From positions 1-49,885 of the forward strand of contig JAHDCW010000001.1 of NCBI GenBank assembly GCA_020629675.1: DNA of 49,885 nt, read 5' to 3'. Below, piece by piece: positions 40,401 through 49,885 of the stretch. Numbering within the stretch: position 1 is the stretch's first letter; every line of letters starts with the position of its first letter. The position numbers and the translations under genes are program-made. A model generated the notes under the pieces. That model ran no database searches. It saw only the letters and a program-made list of their open reading frames with translations, and had not been told where the DNA came from. The DNA comes from Minisyncoccota bacterium. GTDB lineage: Bacteria > Patescibacteriota > Minisyncoccia > Moranbacterales > GCA-2747515.

Positions 40401-42047
40401 CTATTCGGATTGTGCTTTTTTTATCATGTCGCCTATACTCATTGCATTTTGAGAAGACTGTTTTGGTTTTTGTGCACGATTTTGTGACGGCACAACCTGT
40501 GCTTCACGCGGCGGCAGAGCATTACCCCGCACTTCCTCCTCCTTTGCAGCATTGCGCTGCACCTCTTTAAGACAATTCTTACAATACACAGGACGCTTAG
40601 GATCTGGCTTAAATGGCACTTGGATTGCGAGTCCACACATCGCACAGACTGCATCATACATCGTCTTTTGCACTTTCTCCACGAGCGTCGGCCCTGCATT
40701 GGCAGCTCTTTGCGGCGTCTGAGGACGTGCAGATGGTGCACCTGCTGTTGGCGGTGGACCAGTTGGCACACTTACACCGCTCCACGCGGCAATCGCCTCC
40801 TCAACTTTTTTCTGATCTTCAGCATAATGCTGACGAGAATATGTGATCACCCCCTCTGTGCTATCACCATACGGGACGTTGATCGGTGGAAGCGTCGTCG
40901 CGCTAAACGCATCACCTGAAATACCATCGATCATCAACTTAAGGTAAATATTATATTTTGGAAGATTAACGATATCGTTCATGGTAAATACCGGCTCAAA
41001 TTCTTTTTCCAGCGCCTCCGCATCACTAGCACCTACACGAAATGACACAATCGTTCCAACGTTACCAAAAATCGCATCACGCACCTCATCTTGCAGCTGT
41101 GCAATATACTGATTGGCAAGTGTCAGGCATAGCCGATACTTACGTGCCTCAGAGAGAATGCTTGCAAATGACTCTGTTGCAAAGTTTTGGAACTCATCTA
41201 CATACAAATAAAAATCCTTACGATCGTGCTCCTCTGTATCAACCCGACCCATCGCTGCCAGCTGAATCTTCGTGATCATCATCGCCCCCAAAAGAGCGGC
41301 ATTATCCTCACCGATATATCCCTTGGAGAGATTCATAACAAGGATCTTTTGATCATCCATCACCTCACGCACACTAAATGACGATCGTGATTGCCCTACA
41401 ATATTTCGAATCAAGGGGTTCGTCAAAAATTGCCCTACTTTGTTTTGGATTGGAGAGATTACCTCCTGCAAAACACGTTCGTTCCACCCAGAAAACTCAT
41501 CCACCCAAAAAGAACGCACCACAGGATCTTTCACGTGGTTAATTACTTCGATGCGGTACTTTTTATCAACAAGGATGCGCATAACGCCGAGCAACGTACT
41601 CTCGGGGTGCTCGAGAAGCGCCAAGATCGCATTACGCAAGATATACTCAAGCCGTGGACCCCACGAGTCAGCCCACAATTTTTGAAACACACCAATCAAA
41701 CCAGATGCCACAAGCGGTCGAAAGCGGGGTTCCACGCGCTCCATCACGTTAAAAGACATTGGAAAATCTTGATCTCCTGGATTGAAATAAATAACATCCT
41801 TGATTCGCTCGGGTGGAATCATAGAGATCAACTTCTCTGCAGTGTCACCATGCGGATCCACAAAACACATCCCGTGACCATTCCGGATGTCTTGAATCGC
41901 TAGATTCTCAAGCATATTCGTCTTCCCCATACCCGTCTTACCAATCACATACATGTGACGACGACGATCATCTGTCTTGATACCAAAAGGGACATTTTGA
42001 TTACGGAAATTGGTCTGCGCAAATGGTGTGATAATTTCTGGTTGCAT
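40401..42047 (-). CDS. VirD4/TraG/HerA-like P-loop ATPase with C-terminal CxxC-x17-CxxC Zn finger
   Basis: Walker A GKTGMGKT, DPHGD, Walker B YVDEFQNF, SEARKY, ANQY; CAMC...VPFKP...PVYCKNC. Confidence 0.88.
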   Translation of the reverse strand: MQPEIITPFAQTNFRNQNVPFGIKTDDRRRHMYVIGKTGMGKTNMLENLAIQDIRNGHGMCFVDPHGDTAEKLISMIPPERIKDVIYFNPGDQDFPMSFNVMERVEPRFRPLVASGLIGVFQKLWADSWGPRLEYILRNAILALLEHPESTLLGVMRILVDKKYRIEVINHVKDPVVRSFWVDEFSGWNERVLQEVISPIQNKVGQFLTNPLIRNIVGQSRSSFSVREVMDDQKILVMNLSKGYIGEDNAALLGAMMITKIQLAAMGRVDTEEHDRKDFYLYVDEFQNFATESFASILSEARKYRLCLTLANQYIAQLQDEVRDAIFGNVGTIVSFRVGASDAEALEKEFEPVFTMNDIVNLPKYNIYLKLMIDGISGDAFSATTLPPINVPYGDSTEGVITYSRQHYAEDQKKVEEAIAAWSGVSVPTGPPPTAGAPSARPQTPQRAANAGPTLVEKVQKTMYDAVCAMCGLAIQVPFKPDPKRPVYCKNCLKEVQRNAAKEEEVRGNALPPREAQVVPSQNRAQKPKQSSQNAMSIGDMIKKAQSE

Positions 42048-42100
42048 AAATCAGTATTTAGATCGTTATGTATTTTTGTTTTTATTTGTGGCGCTTATGT

Positions 42101-43375
42101 TTATTGGTTCATAAATGGGAGATTGGCCGGTGCACCACCGTGCTGTGCATCAACAAATTTAACACCTGGCGATACCACAGACATATCTGGCAGATGAAAT
42201 ACCGTTGCTAACTCTTCTGACGAAAAATGAAACATCGTCCCAGAGGGGTCGCGGTCACGATAGCGATCCATAATCTGGCGCATACGACGTGTCCCAATCT
42301 CATCCTTCATGACATAGTCAGCATCCGTCTTTGTATCACCATCGGGCGCAATAGAATTGTGCAGTCCGTCGTTAAACTGCTTGATCGTTCCACCGTTCAT
42401 CGCACTTACATTCGCCTTGGTAAAACCATCACGATTACCAATGATCACAACGCGCATCTTAACAGTAAACATCGCTTTGGATAGATTTTCTTCGAGAGCT
42501 GTCAAAGTTTGCTTTTCTCCCGGCGTCAGTCGAAACTCGAGAGGTTGCTCATCATCACCGCCGCCGCCACCATCCCAGGCGGAATACTCAACCGGCTTAC
42601 TCCACGCAACGAAAACACCAAAAAAAACATCCTTCAGATCTTTCCAAAAACGACTGCCTTCTGGTGTAGTTTTACGTCCTAAAAATTTGTCAATCTCCGC
42701 TCGTCCTACTGTCTCTGCCCAAGCTGATTTTTCTGGTTGAATAATGTACTGCAGCCACATATTTTGTCCTGGCGGCAGTGTACTCATGTGCTCAATCAGA
42801 GTATTAAGCGGGTCAAGCATTTTACCAGTAATATCCTCTTCAAATTTTTTATACGTTCTAATAGGATGTGCATCATGTTTAAGGAGTTTATAATCCACAG
42901 CCCACATCGTATAGTCCTTGTTTGGCATCACTTTTGGCACCATCTTTTGGGCGTAGTCATCCGCCTCAACGATCTGCGCATTAGGATAAGCTGCATACAG
43001 TGCTGACTCCACAAAATCGCGAAATCCGCCCGGCATTCGCACATAAAAATGCACCTCACCCCCACGAGATTCAATCTCAAACGAAAACAGTGCATTCATT
43101 TTTCCATCTGCATACTTGTCGATCACATTAGGGTTTGAATCAACGGCTGTAAGAGTATTAAAAAAGATCTCCATATTCTTAGGGCTCGCCTCGATGTTAC
43201 GCGGCGGTACAATTTCCAACAAAATATCATTTTGCTTCATGAAATGCTGCCCGACTGCGTGACCATCCCACAAGACACGAAAAGCGTAATACAACAAAAT
43301 CGGCAACACGATAAACCATGATGCCAGAAATGCGGTCGAAAAACCTGTTACCACCAATAAAAGATCCTCAAGCAT
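42101..43375 (-). CDS. Membrane-anchored conserved hypothetical protein, adjacent to the ATPase
   Basis: N-terminal TM; LEI.PP, FSFEI, Y..YP..I....DY, PIRTY..F and EELAT.FH.P motifs. Confidence 0.75.
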   Translation of the reverse strand: MLEDLLLVVTGFSTAFLASWFIVLPILLYYAFRVLWDGHAVGQHFMKQNDILLEIVPPRNIEASPKNMEIFFNTLTAVDSNPNVIDKYADGKMNALFSFEIESRGGEVHFYVRMPGGFRDFVESALYAAYPNAQIVEADDYAQKMVPKVMPNKDYTMWAVDYKLLKHDAHPIRTYKKFEEDITGKMLDPLNTLIEHMSTLPPGQNMWLQYIIQPEKSAWAETVGRAEIDKFLGRKTTPEGSRFWKDLKDVFFGVFVAWSKPVEYSAWDGGGGGDDEQPLEFRLTPGEKQTLTALEENLSKAMFTVKMRVVIIGNRDGFTKANVSAMNGGTIKQFNDGLHNSIAPDGDTKTDADYVMKDEIGTRRMRQIMDRYRDRDPSGTMFHFSSEELATVFHLPDMSVVSPGVKFVDAQHGGAPANLPFMNQ

Positions 43376-43428
43376 AAAACATTCCTCAGAATGACGCTCG
43401 GATAAAAATTACAATAAAGTAGCGTACT

Positions 43429-44445
43429 CTACTCTAAAGTATACGTACCTCCATTTTTTTGTGCAACTGTATTGAGATTTATCTTGACTGTTGCTGGCTT
43501 TACCTCGCGCAGTGCGCATACCTTATCCACAACCTCAGATGCTGTAAGCGGCTGGTTAGATTCTTTGAGTACATGGATCACGAGATCACGTACCTTGCCA
43601 TGAGTATACCCACGTGATGCTAGTCCATATGTCCCTCGTCCGACGAGCACGAAAGCCTCGTCTTTGATAAGCTCGTTGTGAACTGTCTGCGGATGTGTCT
43701 TGCGACCACCTTTTCCAAGCTTTCGATCATCAATTGCAGATGCGATTTCACGAAAGTGAAGTGGTGACTCTGTATGAAGTAAGATCAAGTACACTTTATC
43801 ACGAATGCTGCGCGGCTTTACGGTGCTCCATTCAGTCTTACCCCACTTGTCATAAATATTTTGTGAAATTTCCTGAGATGCATGAAGGTGCTCTTTCATA
43901 TGCAAACCATCAACTGCGGGATGTTTTTTTGCAAGAACCGCATACAGATCATCCTCTTCGACGATTTCATTTTTATCTGAAAGATAAGCATGCGCATCAG
44001 CATGCACATTAGACCACTGCTTAAAATCAAAATCATGCACATGCACAGACTGCTCTAGTGGATGCTCCTTATGACGATCGATGAGCATTACAGAATCAGA
44101 AGCAGACACAAGAAAACGCATTGTACCTATACTTGCACCATGCATATCATAGAATTTTTTGAAGAGTCGATCAGCTCGAATAATACCTCCCTTAGAGCGA
44201 ATGTGTTGCTCAACAGCATCTTGTGCTGCATGATAATCAGCATCTTTTTTCTCATGAACCTGCTGAAGGCTTGTACGCACAATCTGACGAACACGCTCTC
44301 TTGTAATGTCATGCTGCTTACCAATCGCATCGAGAGTATATGGTGCATCATACCCAATGCCAAAGCGGCGCTCTACACAATCTCGTGCTCGCTCTGATAG
44401 TTGCGAAAGTGCTTCTGCACAAATGTGATCAAAGGTTTTTTTCAT
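43429..44445 (-). CDS. Sigma70 region 4 HTH plus HARE-HTH (RNAP delta N-terminal-like) protein (start probably 44445)
   Basis: TLDAIGKQHDITRERVRQI; PLHFREIA...QTVHNELIKD..FVLVGRGTYGL; no sigma region 2. Confidence 0.8.
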   Translation of the reverse strand: MKKTFDHICAEALSQLSERARDCVERRFGIGYDAPYTLDAIGKQHDITRERVRQIVRTSLQQVHEKKDADYHAAQDAVEQHIRSKGGIIRADRLFKKFYDMHGASIGTMRFLVSASDSVMLIDRHKEHPLEQSVHVHDFDFKQWSNVHADAHAYLSDKNEIVEEDDLYAVLAKKHPAVDGLHMKEHLHASQEISQNIYDKWGKTEWSTVKPRSIRDKVYLILLHTESPLHFREIASAIDDRKLGKGGRKTHPQTVHNELIKDEAFVLVGRGTYGLASRGYTHGKVRDLVIHVLKESNQPLTASEVVDKVCALREVKPATVKINLNTVAQKNGGTYTLE

Positions 44446-44474
44446 AATGAAGTTCAAAAAATTGTTGTGTGAGT

Positions 44475-44503
44475 AGGATAACAAAAATATTTCTAAATGT
44501 CAA
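44475..44503 (-). promoter_or_regulatory. Sigma70-type promoter
   Basis: TTGACA (44503-44498), 17 bp spacer, TATCCT preceded by TGn. Confidence 0.6.
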
Positions 44504-44537
44504 CATTGTGTCATCAAATCAACTACTAAAATAATAA

Positions 44538-45608
44538 TTAGAGCATTAGCGCCTCAGGTGCTTCAAAGGCTATAGCCTCATCTTGATCGATAAGCATTGC
44601 CTTTACCATGATACGGCGCAGAGCTGTACCTAGCGGCCAACACGTCGTAAGTGTGAGAACTTCGTCATTGGAACTCGCGAAAATATCAGGCTCATCAGGC
44701 TCCACCTCACGCTGCACATCTACCGCATAGGTATAGCGCACCTCCTGACCTTTTGCAGTACGTGCTGCTACGATAATTTTGTCGCCAGGCACGACATCGA
44801 TAAGGTCTTTAAAGATCGTATTAAAGTTACCTCCCGCCCACGCATAATTACTGCTATGACCAGCAATATATGAGTTTCCGATTTCACCTGGCATCACTGT
44901 CCCCTGCCCAGGATAGAGAATTACTCCTCGCTCGAGATCTTTTTGAATCTGACTTTCGTCAACTGTATCAGATAAAATGACAGGTGCATCGACACCAATC
45001 TTATCAATCATGATTTTATAGGTGAGTCGCGCATCACCAGATGCAGTCGGATCATATCCATCACGTACCTCTTTTTCATCATCGTAACCATCGCCATCTG
45101 TATCTGCAACCAGAGGGTGTGTCCCAAATAAAAATTCCTCTTTATTTGTGAGGCCGTCACCATCTAAATCACCATCAGTCGTCGTCTCTGCACCAAGCTG
45201 ATACTCTTGCTCCCAGTTGTCTGAGAGACCATTGTTATTTGCGTCGAGCCGACCTTTACCAGTTGGTGAGTACCCATTATTTACCTCAGTACCATCTAGA
45301 TATCCGTCGCCATCTGTATCTGCCACTATCGGATGTGTGTTGTGAATATACTCCTCTATCAGACTAAGTCCATCCTCATCTGCGTCCACCTGCGCATCCT
45401 CCTCTGATGAAACACTAATCTGATAACGATCAAGCCAAAAAGGCGAAATTCCATGATGTTTTTCATCAAGCATCTCCATTAATTCTTGCGATGTTTTTTC
45501 ACGCGGTAAAATTGTATCTACAAGTAAACCAAAACGACCTGTAAAAATCACAAAAGCCACAAAAAACACGACCACAAAAACGATAACGATAGAAAAAAAT
45601 GATTTCAT
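44538..45608 (-). CDS. Sortase with N-terminal TM and Ca-binding DxDGDG (TSP3-like) repeats (start probably 45608)
   Basis: IAGHSS, LTLTTCWP and RRIMVKA give the His/Cys/Arg triad; repeats of D(T/L)DGDG..(D/N)..E. Confidence 0.9.
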   Translation of the reverse strand: MKSFFSIVIVFVVVFFVAFVIFTGRFGLLVDTILPREKTSQELMEMLDEKHHGISPFWLDRYQISVSSEEDAQVDADEDGLSLIEEYIHNTHPIVADTDGDGYLDGTEVNNGYSPTGKGRLDANNNGLSDNWEQEYQLGAETTTDGDLDGDGLTNKEEFLFGTHPLVADTDGDGYDDEKEVRDGYDPTASGDARLTYKIMIDKIGVDAPVILSDTVDESQIQKDLERGVILYPGQGTVMPGEIGNSYIAGHSSNYAWAGGNFNTIFKDLIDVVPGDKIIVAARTAKGQEVRYTYAVDVQREVEPDEPDIFASSNDEVLTLTTCWPLGTALRRIMVKAMLIDQDEAIAFEAPEALML

Positions 45609-45639
45609 AGGTTTTTTCTGTTTATTACTCCAACAATAC

Positions 45640-45697
45640 AATTTATCACAATAAAATGTTTTTGTCAACAAAAACCCGCGCCTAAAGCACGGGTTTC
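45640..45697 (-). promoter_or_regulatory. Terminator hairpin abutting the sortase promoter
   Basis: AAACCCG/CGGGTTT hairpin (45671-45697), then TTGACA (45668-45663), 17 bp spacer, TAAATT preceded by TGn. Confidence 0.6.
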
Positions 45698-45722
45698 TAC
45701 TACATCGAACATTCGTAGATGA

Positions 45723-48131
45723 TTAGTGATCAAATCGAATCACAGATCTTTCTTGACCACCTTTCATCTGACGACGTTGGTACATCCACGCTGCACCAGA
45801 GGCAATCATAACTGCTGCACCTCCTGCGAGTGGTCCTGCACCAGTTTTTGGCGATACAGGACGATGCGTAGACTGATGTGCTGGACAGTAATATCCGAAG
45901 TCAGCACGATCTTCTTCTTCGCCTTCATCAAGGCGAACTTTGTTCATATGATCTAATTTTCCATCACGATCATACGTCTGGTAACACCCCTTATCGAGAG
46001 TTTCCACAGCTACGATCACACGATATGTATCTTCACAAAGATCATCAAAATCATATTTACCGCTACTGCTTGTACGTGTCTTATCCACGTTGTCACCGTA
46101 TTGAAGCTTGAGCTTTACGTTGTCCAAGCCTGGCTCACCAGCGTCACGGACACCATTACGGTTAAGATCGTTCCATACGCGGTTACCGATCTCACCATCA
46201 CATTTGTCATCATCGTCATCATTATCGTCGTCCTCCTCTGGAGTCACGATGCGACACTGATTTGAACATGAATCACCGTCATTACGATTACCATCATCAC
46301 ATTGCTCGTTTCCTTCCTTGATACCGTTACCGCAGACAGGATCTACGATACGACGTTCCACACTACACTGATTGCTACAACCATCACCATTGATCGTGTT
46401 ACCATCATCACACTGCTCCCCTGTTTCAATTTTTCCATTTCCACAGATAGGCGCTTGTGGCTCTGACTTTACATCTACTGATGTCGGATCATCATCAATC
46501 ACATCATCCTGACCGTCAACTGGTGTCGCTGTAACGCTCGCAACAACATCAAATGCATCTGTTATATTTTCTGCAGTACACGTATACACAACTTCTTCAC
46601 CAACAACGAGACTTGCAATCGTTTTTTTACAATTCTTAGCGTTGTCTACTGTAATACGAACATCTGTGAGATCTACTTCACCGTTATTTTTAACAACAAC
46701 CTCAAATGTAGCCGTCCCACCGTCTTCTACAGTTTGCTGATCATCTTTGTCGATTGCGTCACGAATCTCAATCATCACGCTTGGCGCGCCTGGGATCGTC
46801 ACAATAATCTCCGTTGGATCCTCATCTGTAACATGACTACCACCATTTGCAGGTTCACTGACAACACGTGCTACGTTTGTAAAACTGTCATCTACGTTTG
46901 TTGCAGTACAGGTATATGTTTCAGTCTCTCCACCTCTTAGCGTACCAATGTTTTTGTTACATGCAGGCGTCTTTTCATCTGTTACAACAACATCATTAAG
47001 AGTAACCTGTCCTGTGTTGCGTACGACGATTTCAAATACTGCATCCTCACCTTTTTTGATATTTTGGACATCATCCCTGTCAGATGCGTCACGTTTGATG
47101 ATGTTAATACCAGCTTCTTCAACAACACACTGATTGCTACAACCATCACCGCTTGCAGAGTTGCCATCATCACATTGCTCACCTTGGTCGAGTTCACCAT
47201 CACCGCAAACAGGATCTTTTGGAGCTACAATAATCTCCGTTGGATCCTCATCTGTAACATGACTACCACCATTTGCAGGTTCACTGACAACACGTGCTAC
47301 GTTTGTAAAACTGTCATCTACGTTTGTTGCAGTACAGGTATATGTTTCAGTCTCTCCACCTCTTAGCGTACCAATGTTTTTGTTACATGCAGGCGTCTTT
47401 TCATCTGTTACAACAACATCATTAAGAGTAACCTGTCCTGTGTTGCGTACGACGATTTCAAATACTGCATCCTCACCTTTTTTGATATTTTGGACATCAT
47501 CCCTGTCAGATGCGTCACGTTTGATGATGTTAATACCAGCTTCTTCAACAACACACTGATTGCTACAACCATCACCGCTTGCAGAGTTGCCATCATCACA
47601 TTGCTCACCTTGGTCGACGTGTCCATTTCCACAGACAGCAACAGGACGAAGCATCATACACACGGGATTCAAACTATTAGCACTGATACCACCTTGTTTT
47701 GGGATCGTATGCGTGATAGCGATCTTATTGATGTTTTGATTTAGTGCCAAATTATTATTGACCACACCGCTCCACGTCGCATTTGCTACGTAATCCTCAA
47801 GGTCATCTGAACTATTTGATGTACCTACGAGTGAGCCACCATTAAAAAATTTAACAAAATACTGCTCATTTGGCTGATTAGTATTTACGCGTGAACCATA
47901 TTGATCATTGCTTTGCAGCATGATCTCATAGTTTCCACGTGGAATTGACACTGCGCGCTCCACAGCATTTGGGTCACGATCAGAGTAGATCCGAAGTGAT
48001 CCACCAAAATTAATTACGATATCACCTTGACCTGGGCTCAAATGACATACTGAACCCGAAGCGTGCACTGAGGGAGCCCCAGCGGCAACAGCGATAAAAA
48101 CAAAAGCAGCAACTGCAAATATCTTTCTCAT
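45723..48131 (-). CDS. Sortase-substrate-like surface protein (four DUF4215, three DUF11-like, one SdrD-B, SPKTG sorting signal)
   Basis: Signal peptide ending VHA; repeats as named; C-terminal SPKTG, hydrophobic stretch, then RRQMK. Confidence 0.88.
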   Translation of the reverse strand: MRKIFAVAAFVFIAVAAGAPSVHASGSVCHLSPGQGDIVINFGGSLRIYSDRDPNAVERAVSIPRGNYEIMLQSNDQYGSRVNTNQPNEQYFVKFFNGGSLVGTSNSSDDLEDYVANATWSGVVNNNLALNQNINKIAITHTIPKQGGISANSLNPVCMMLRPVAVCGNGHVDQGEQCDDGNSASGDGCSNQCVVEEAGINIIKRDASDRDDVQNIKKGEDAVFEIVVRNTGQVTLNDVVVTDEKTPACNKNIGTLRGGETETYTCTATNVDDSFTNVARVVSEPANGGSHVTDEDPTEIIVAPKDPVCGDGELDQGEQCDDGNSASGDGCSNQCVVEEAGINIIKRDASDRDDVQNIKKGEDAVFEIVVRNTGQVTLNDVVVTDEKTPACNKNIGTLRGGETETYTCTATNVDDSFTNVARVVSEPANGGSHVTDEDPTEIIVTIPGAPSVMIEIRDAIDKDDQQTVEDGGTATFEVVVKNNGEVDLTDVRITVDNAKNCKKTIASLVVGEEVVYTCTAENITDAFDVVASVTATPVDGQDDVIDDDPTSVDVKSEPQAPICGNGKIETGEQCDDGNTINGDGCSNQCSVERRIVDPVCGNGIKEGNEQCDDGNRNDGDSCSNQCRIVTPEEDDDNDDDDDKCDGEIGNRVWNDLNRNGVRDAGEPGLDNVKLKLQYGDNVDKTRTSSSGKYDFDDLCEDTYRVIVAVETLDKGCYQTYDRDGKLDHMNKVRLDEGEEEDRADFGYYCPAHQSTHRPVSPKTGAGPLAGGAAVMIASGAAWMYQRRQMKGGQERSVIRFDH
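46801..47617. repeat. Exact 391-bp direct repeat (46801-47191 and 47227-47617; period 426 bp)
   Basis: Base-by-base reading found no mismatch; the period is in frame (142 codons). Confidence 0.9.
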
Positions 48132-48202
48132 ATATATTATTTAGTAGTTAAAACAAAATTAACTGCCAACTACCAATTCAGTTGATAATTAGTTGACTAG
48201 AT

Positions 48203-48276
48203 AATGTAACACAATTCAATATATGTGTCAACCATCTATTTGACATATTGACAAAATATTACTTAAATGATAATTT
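48203..48276. promoter_or_regulatory. Divergent sigma70-type promoters
   Basis: Minus: TTGACA (48231-48226), 17 bp, TACATT preceded by TGn. Plus: TTGACA at 48240 and 48248 with TGATAATTT downstream. Confidence 0.55.
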
Positions 48277-48323
48277 TTTGAAAGTTTACCCCTAATTTAA
48301 AAATCAAAAAGGATAGTGATCGC

Positions 48324-48737
48324 ATGAAGTCAAAGAAACTTAAAAGAAAGCTCTTAAGTCAATTTTCCAACTTTTTAAAAGATACAGAAGCTTCAAAACT
48401 CAAAGAATCGACAGTAATCCTCACTATTGATCGCCAAGGTAAATCTGAGTTTACCGTAGCTAAAAAAATAACAACAATCGCAACTCTATTCAGTGAAGAG
48501 TCATTGTCTGAGCTGGGTGAACAATACGCCAGCCGTGCAGTCTTATACAAAAGAGCACTAAAAAGCATAGCAAATGAATTTCCTGAGAAATATAATTTGC
48601 CAGTTGTGGACCTTGTCACATTACTAAATGAAAAAAATGATCCTTTTAAGACTCTTAAATCAGGTAAATTTCATGGTATTGGAAACATAACAGCAAAAGC
48701 AATTATTGATCTTTTGGAAGCAAAGAGGCTTTTATAA
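48324..48737 (+). CDS. AT-rich basic hypothetical protein with C-terminal helix-hairpin-helix-like motif
   Basis: Fills an intergenic gap, with its own promoter, AAGGA RBS and terminator; motif FHGIGNITAKAI. Confidence 0.7.
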   Translation: MKSKKLKRKLLSQFSNFLKDTEASKLKESTVILTIDRQGKSEFTVAKKITTIATLFSEESLSELGEQYASRAVLYKRALKSIANEFPEKYNLPVVDLVTLLNEKNDPFKTLKSGKFHGIGNITAKAIIDLLEAKRLL

Positions 48738-48751
48738 TAAGATCATGCAGC

Positions 48752-48792
48752 AAAAAATCGCCACCATAAAACTATGGTAGCGATTTTCTTTT
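48752..48792. terminator. Bidirectional terminator between convergent genes
   Basis: AAAATCGC-ACCATA/TATGGT-GCGATTTT stem. Confidence 0.8.
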
Positions 48793-48805
48793 AGCAACTT
48801 GTCTT

Positions 48806-49822
48806 TTAAGCAGAGATTGTCGTGCGTACTGATGCGACCATATCGACGAGTCGATTAGCATAGCCCCATTCGTTGTCATACCATGCGAGCACTTTGACGA
48901 GATTACCACCTACTACTTTGGTAAATGGGAGATCTACTACACTCGAAAAAGCTGATCCGATAAAGTCTGATGATACCAGCGGCTCATCACTCACACCGAG
49001 GATGCCTTTGTATGTCGTAGCTGCTGCCTCACGAAGTGCATCATTAACCTGTTCAACCGTGACATCTTGCTTGAGGACAAAAACTGTATCTGTGAGAGAT
49101 ACATTAATTGTCGGGACGCGTACCGCCATTCCATCAAATTTTCCCTTGAGGTCAGGAATTACCTTGGTCGTCGCAATTGCTGCACCGGTCGTCGTCGGGA
49201 TCATATTTTGTGCAGCTGCGCGCCCTTTGCGAAGATCTTTAGCAGGACCATCTTGGAGATTTTGAGTTGAGGTGTAGGAGTGAATCGTAGTCAGCATCGC
49301 TTTTTCTACACCAAATACTTCATGCATGGTTTGCACTACAGGCGCTGCGCAATTGGTGGTACATGAGCCATTTGATACCACGTGATGCGACTCAGGCGTC
49401 GGCTCACTCACACCGACCACATGGGTCGAGATGTTTTCATCATCACCCTTGGCTGGTGCACTGATGATTACACGTTTTGCCCCAGCATCTACGTGCGCGT
49501 ATGCTGCGCCATCTTTTACAAACCTCCCCGTGCATTCGAGAACCACATCAATATCATGTTCTTGCCACGGCAGCTCGAGCGGCTTTGGCTCCGCGAATAC
49601 TGGTATTTTCTCTCCGCCTACCACCAACGCATGATCCATCACTTGAATGTCCTTGTCGTACGTCCTAAAAACACTATCATACTTAAGCATATGGCCGAGC
49701 GTCTTGGTGTCTGCAAGGTCATTAATGGCAACCACCTGCATATCATCTCGAGCGGAGATGATCCTAAAGGCAGCTCGTCCAATTCGTCCAAATCCATTGA
49801 TTGCGACACGTGTTTTGACCAT
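48806..49822 (-). CDS. gap: Glyceraldehyde-3-phosphate dehydrogenase, type I (start probably 49822)
   Basis: INGFGRIGR, SNGSCTTNC, TTGAA and WYDNEWGY. Confidence 0.97.
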   Translation of the reverse strand: MVKTRVAINGFGRIGRAAFRIISARDDMQVVAINDLADTKTLGHMLKYDSVFRTYDKDIQVMDHALVVGGEKIPVFAEPKPLELPWQEHDIDVVLECTGRFVKDGAAYAHVDAGAKRVIISAPAKGDDENISTHVVGVSEPTPESHHVVSNGSCTTNCAAPVVQTMHEVFGVEKAMLTTIHSYTSTQNLQDGPAKDLRKGRAAAQNMIPTTTGAAIATTKVIPDLKGKFDGMAVRVPTINVSLTDTVFVLKQDVTVEQVNDALREAAATTYKGILGVSDEPLVSSDFIGSAFSSVVDLPFTKVVGGNLVKVLAWYDNEWGYANRLVDMVASVRTTISA

Positions 49823-49885
49823 AGTTTTTTGTTTTAGAAATTTAGTCGAGATTATTGATTTTTTTATAGATCGCATAAAGCTCCA

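Noticed and set aside
40401..42047. Conjugative element
   Set aside because: No relaxase, integrase, VirB genes or att sites; the context looks chromosomal.
43429..44445. True sigma factor
   Set aside because: Only a region 4 HTH is present; no region 2.
46801..47617. Repeat pair as a DGR template/variable region
   Set aside because: The copies are identical, with no adenine-specific mismatches, and no reverse transcriptase is present in the window.

Overview
This is a compact bacterial chromosome segment. All but one convincing gene lie on the minus strand, and TGA is used as a stop codon (code 11). Gene content and order suggest a Patescibacteria (CPR, Parcubacteria-like) organism, but this is an inference from content, not from a search. 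Housekeeping genes are pgeF, tgt, recO, ileS (type 2), argS, rplY, rmuC and gap, plus cell-envelope glycosyltransferases, a lytic transglycosylase and a VirD4/HerA-like ATPase with a membrane partner. They are interspersed with large secreted or surface proteins (SdrD-B, DUF11-like and Cys-rich DUF4215 repeats, CBM60) and a sortase next to an SPKTG substrate. One large ORF (1..3070, minus) runs off the left edge and is missing from the ORF track. The most notable signals are: (1) a complete Ile T-box riboswitch with an ultrashort, actinobacterial-type Stem I but a terminator-like expression platform, placed ahead of an acidic ORFan, an RSH/Mesh1-like HD hydrolase and ileS; (2) a 1259-aa protein with an apparent second, internal signal peptide; (3) DnaA-box 9-mers at nearly identical offsets upstream of three giant surface-protein genes; (4) a CBM60 gene flanked by 11-bp imperfect direct repeats that seems to have displaced the 3' end of a 2746-aa adhesin gene; (5) a duplicated 37-bp promoter around a Nudix gene. 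No tRNA, rRNA, CRISPR array or transposase was recognised. All domain calls are by eye.
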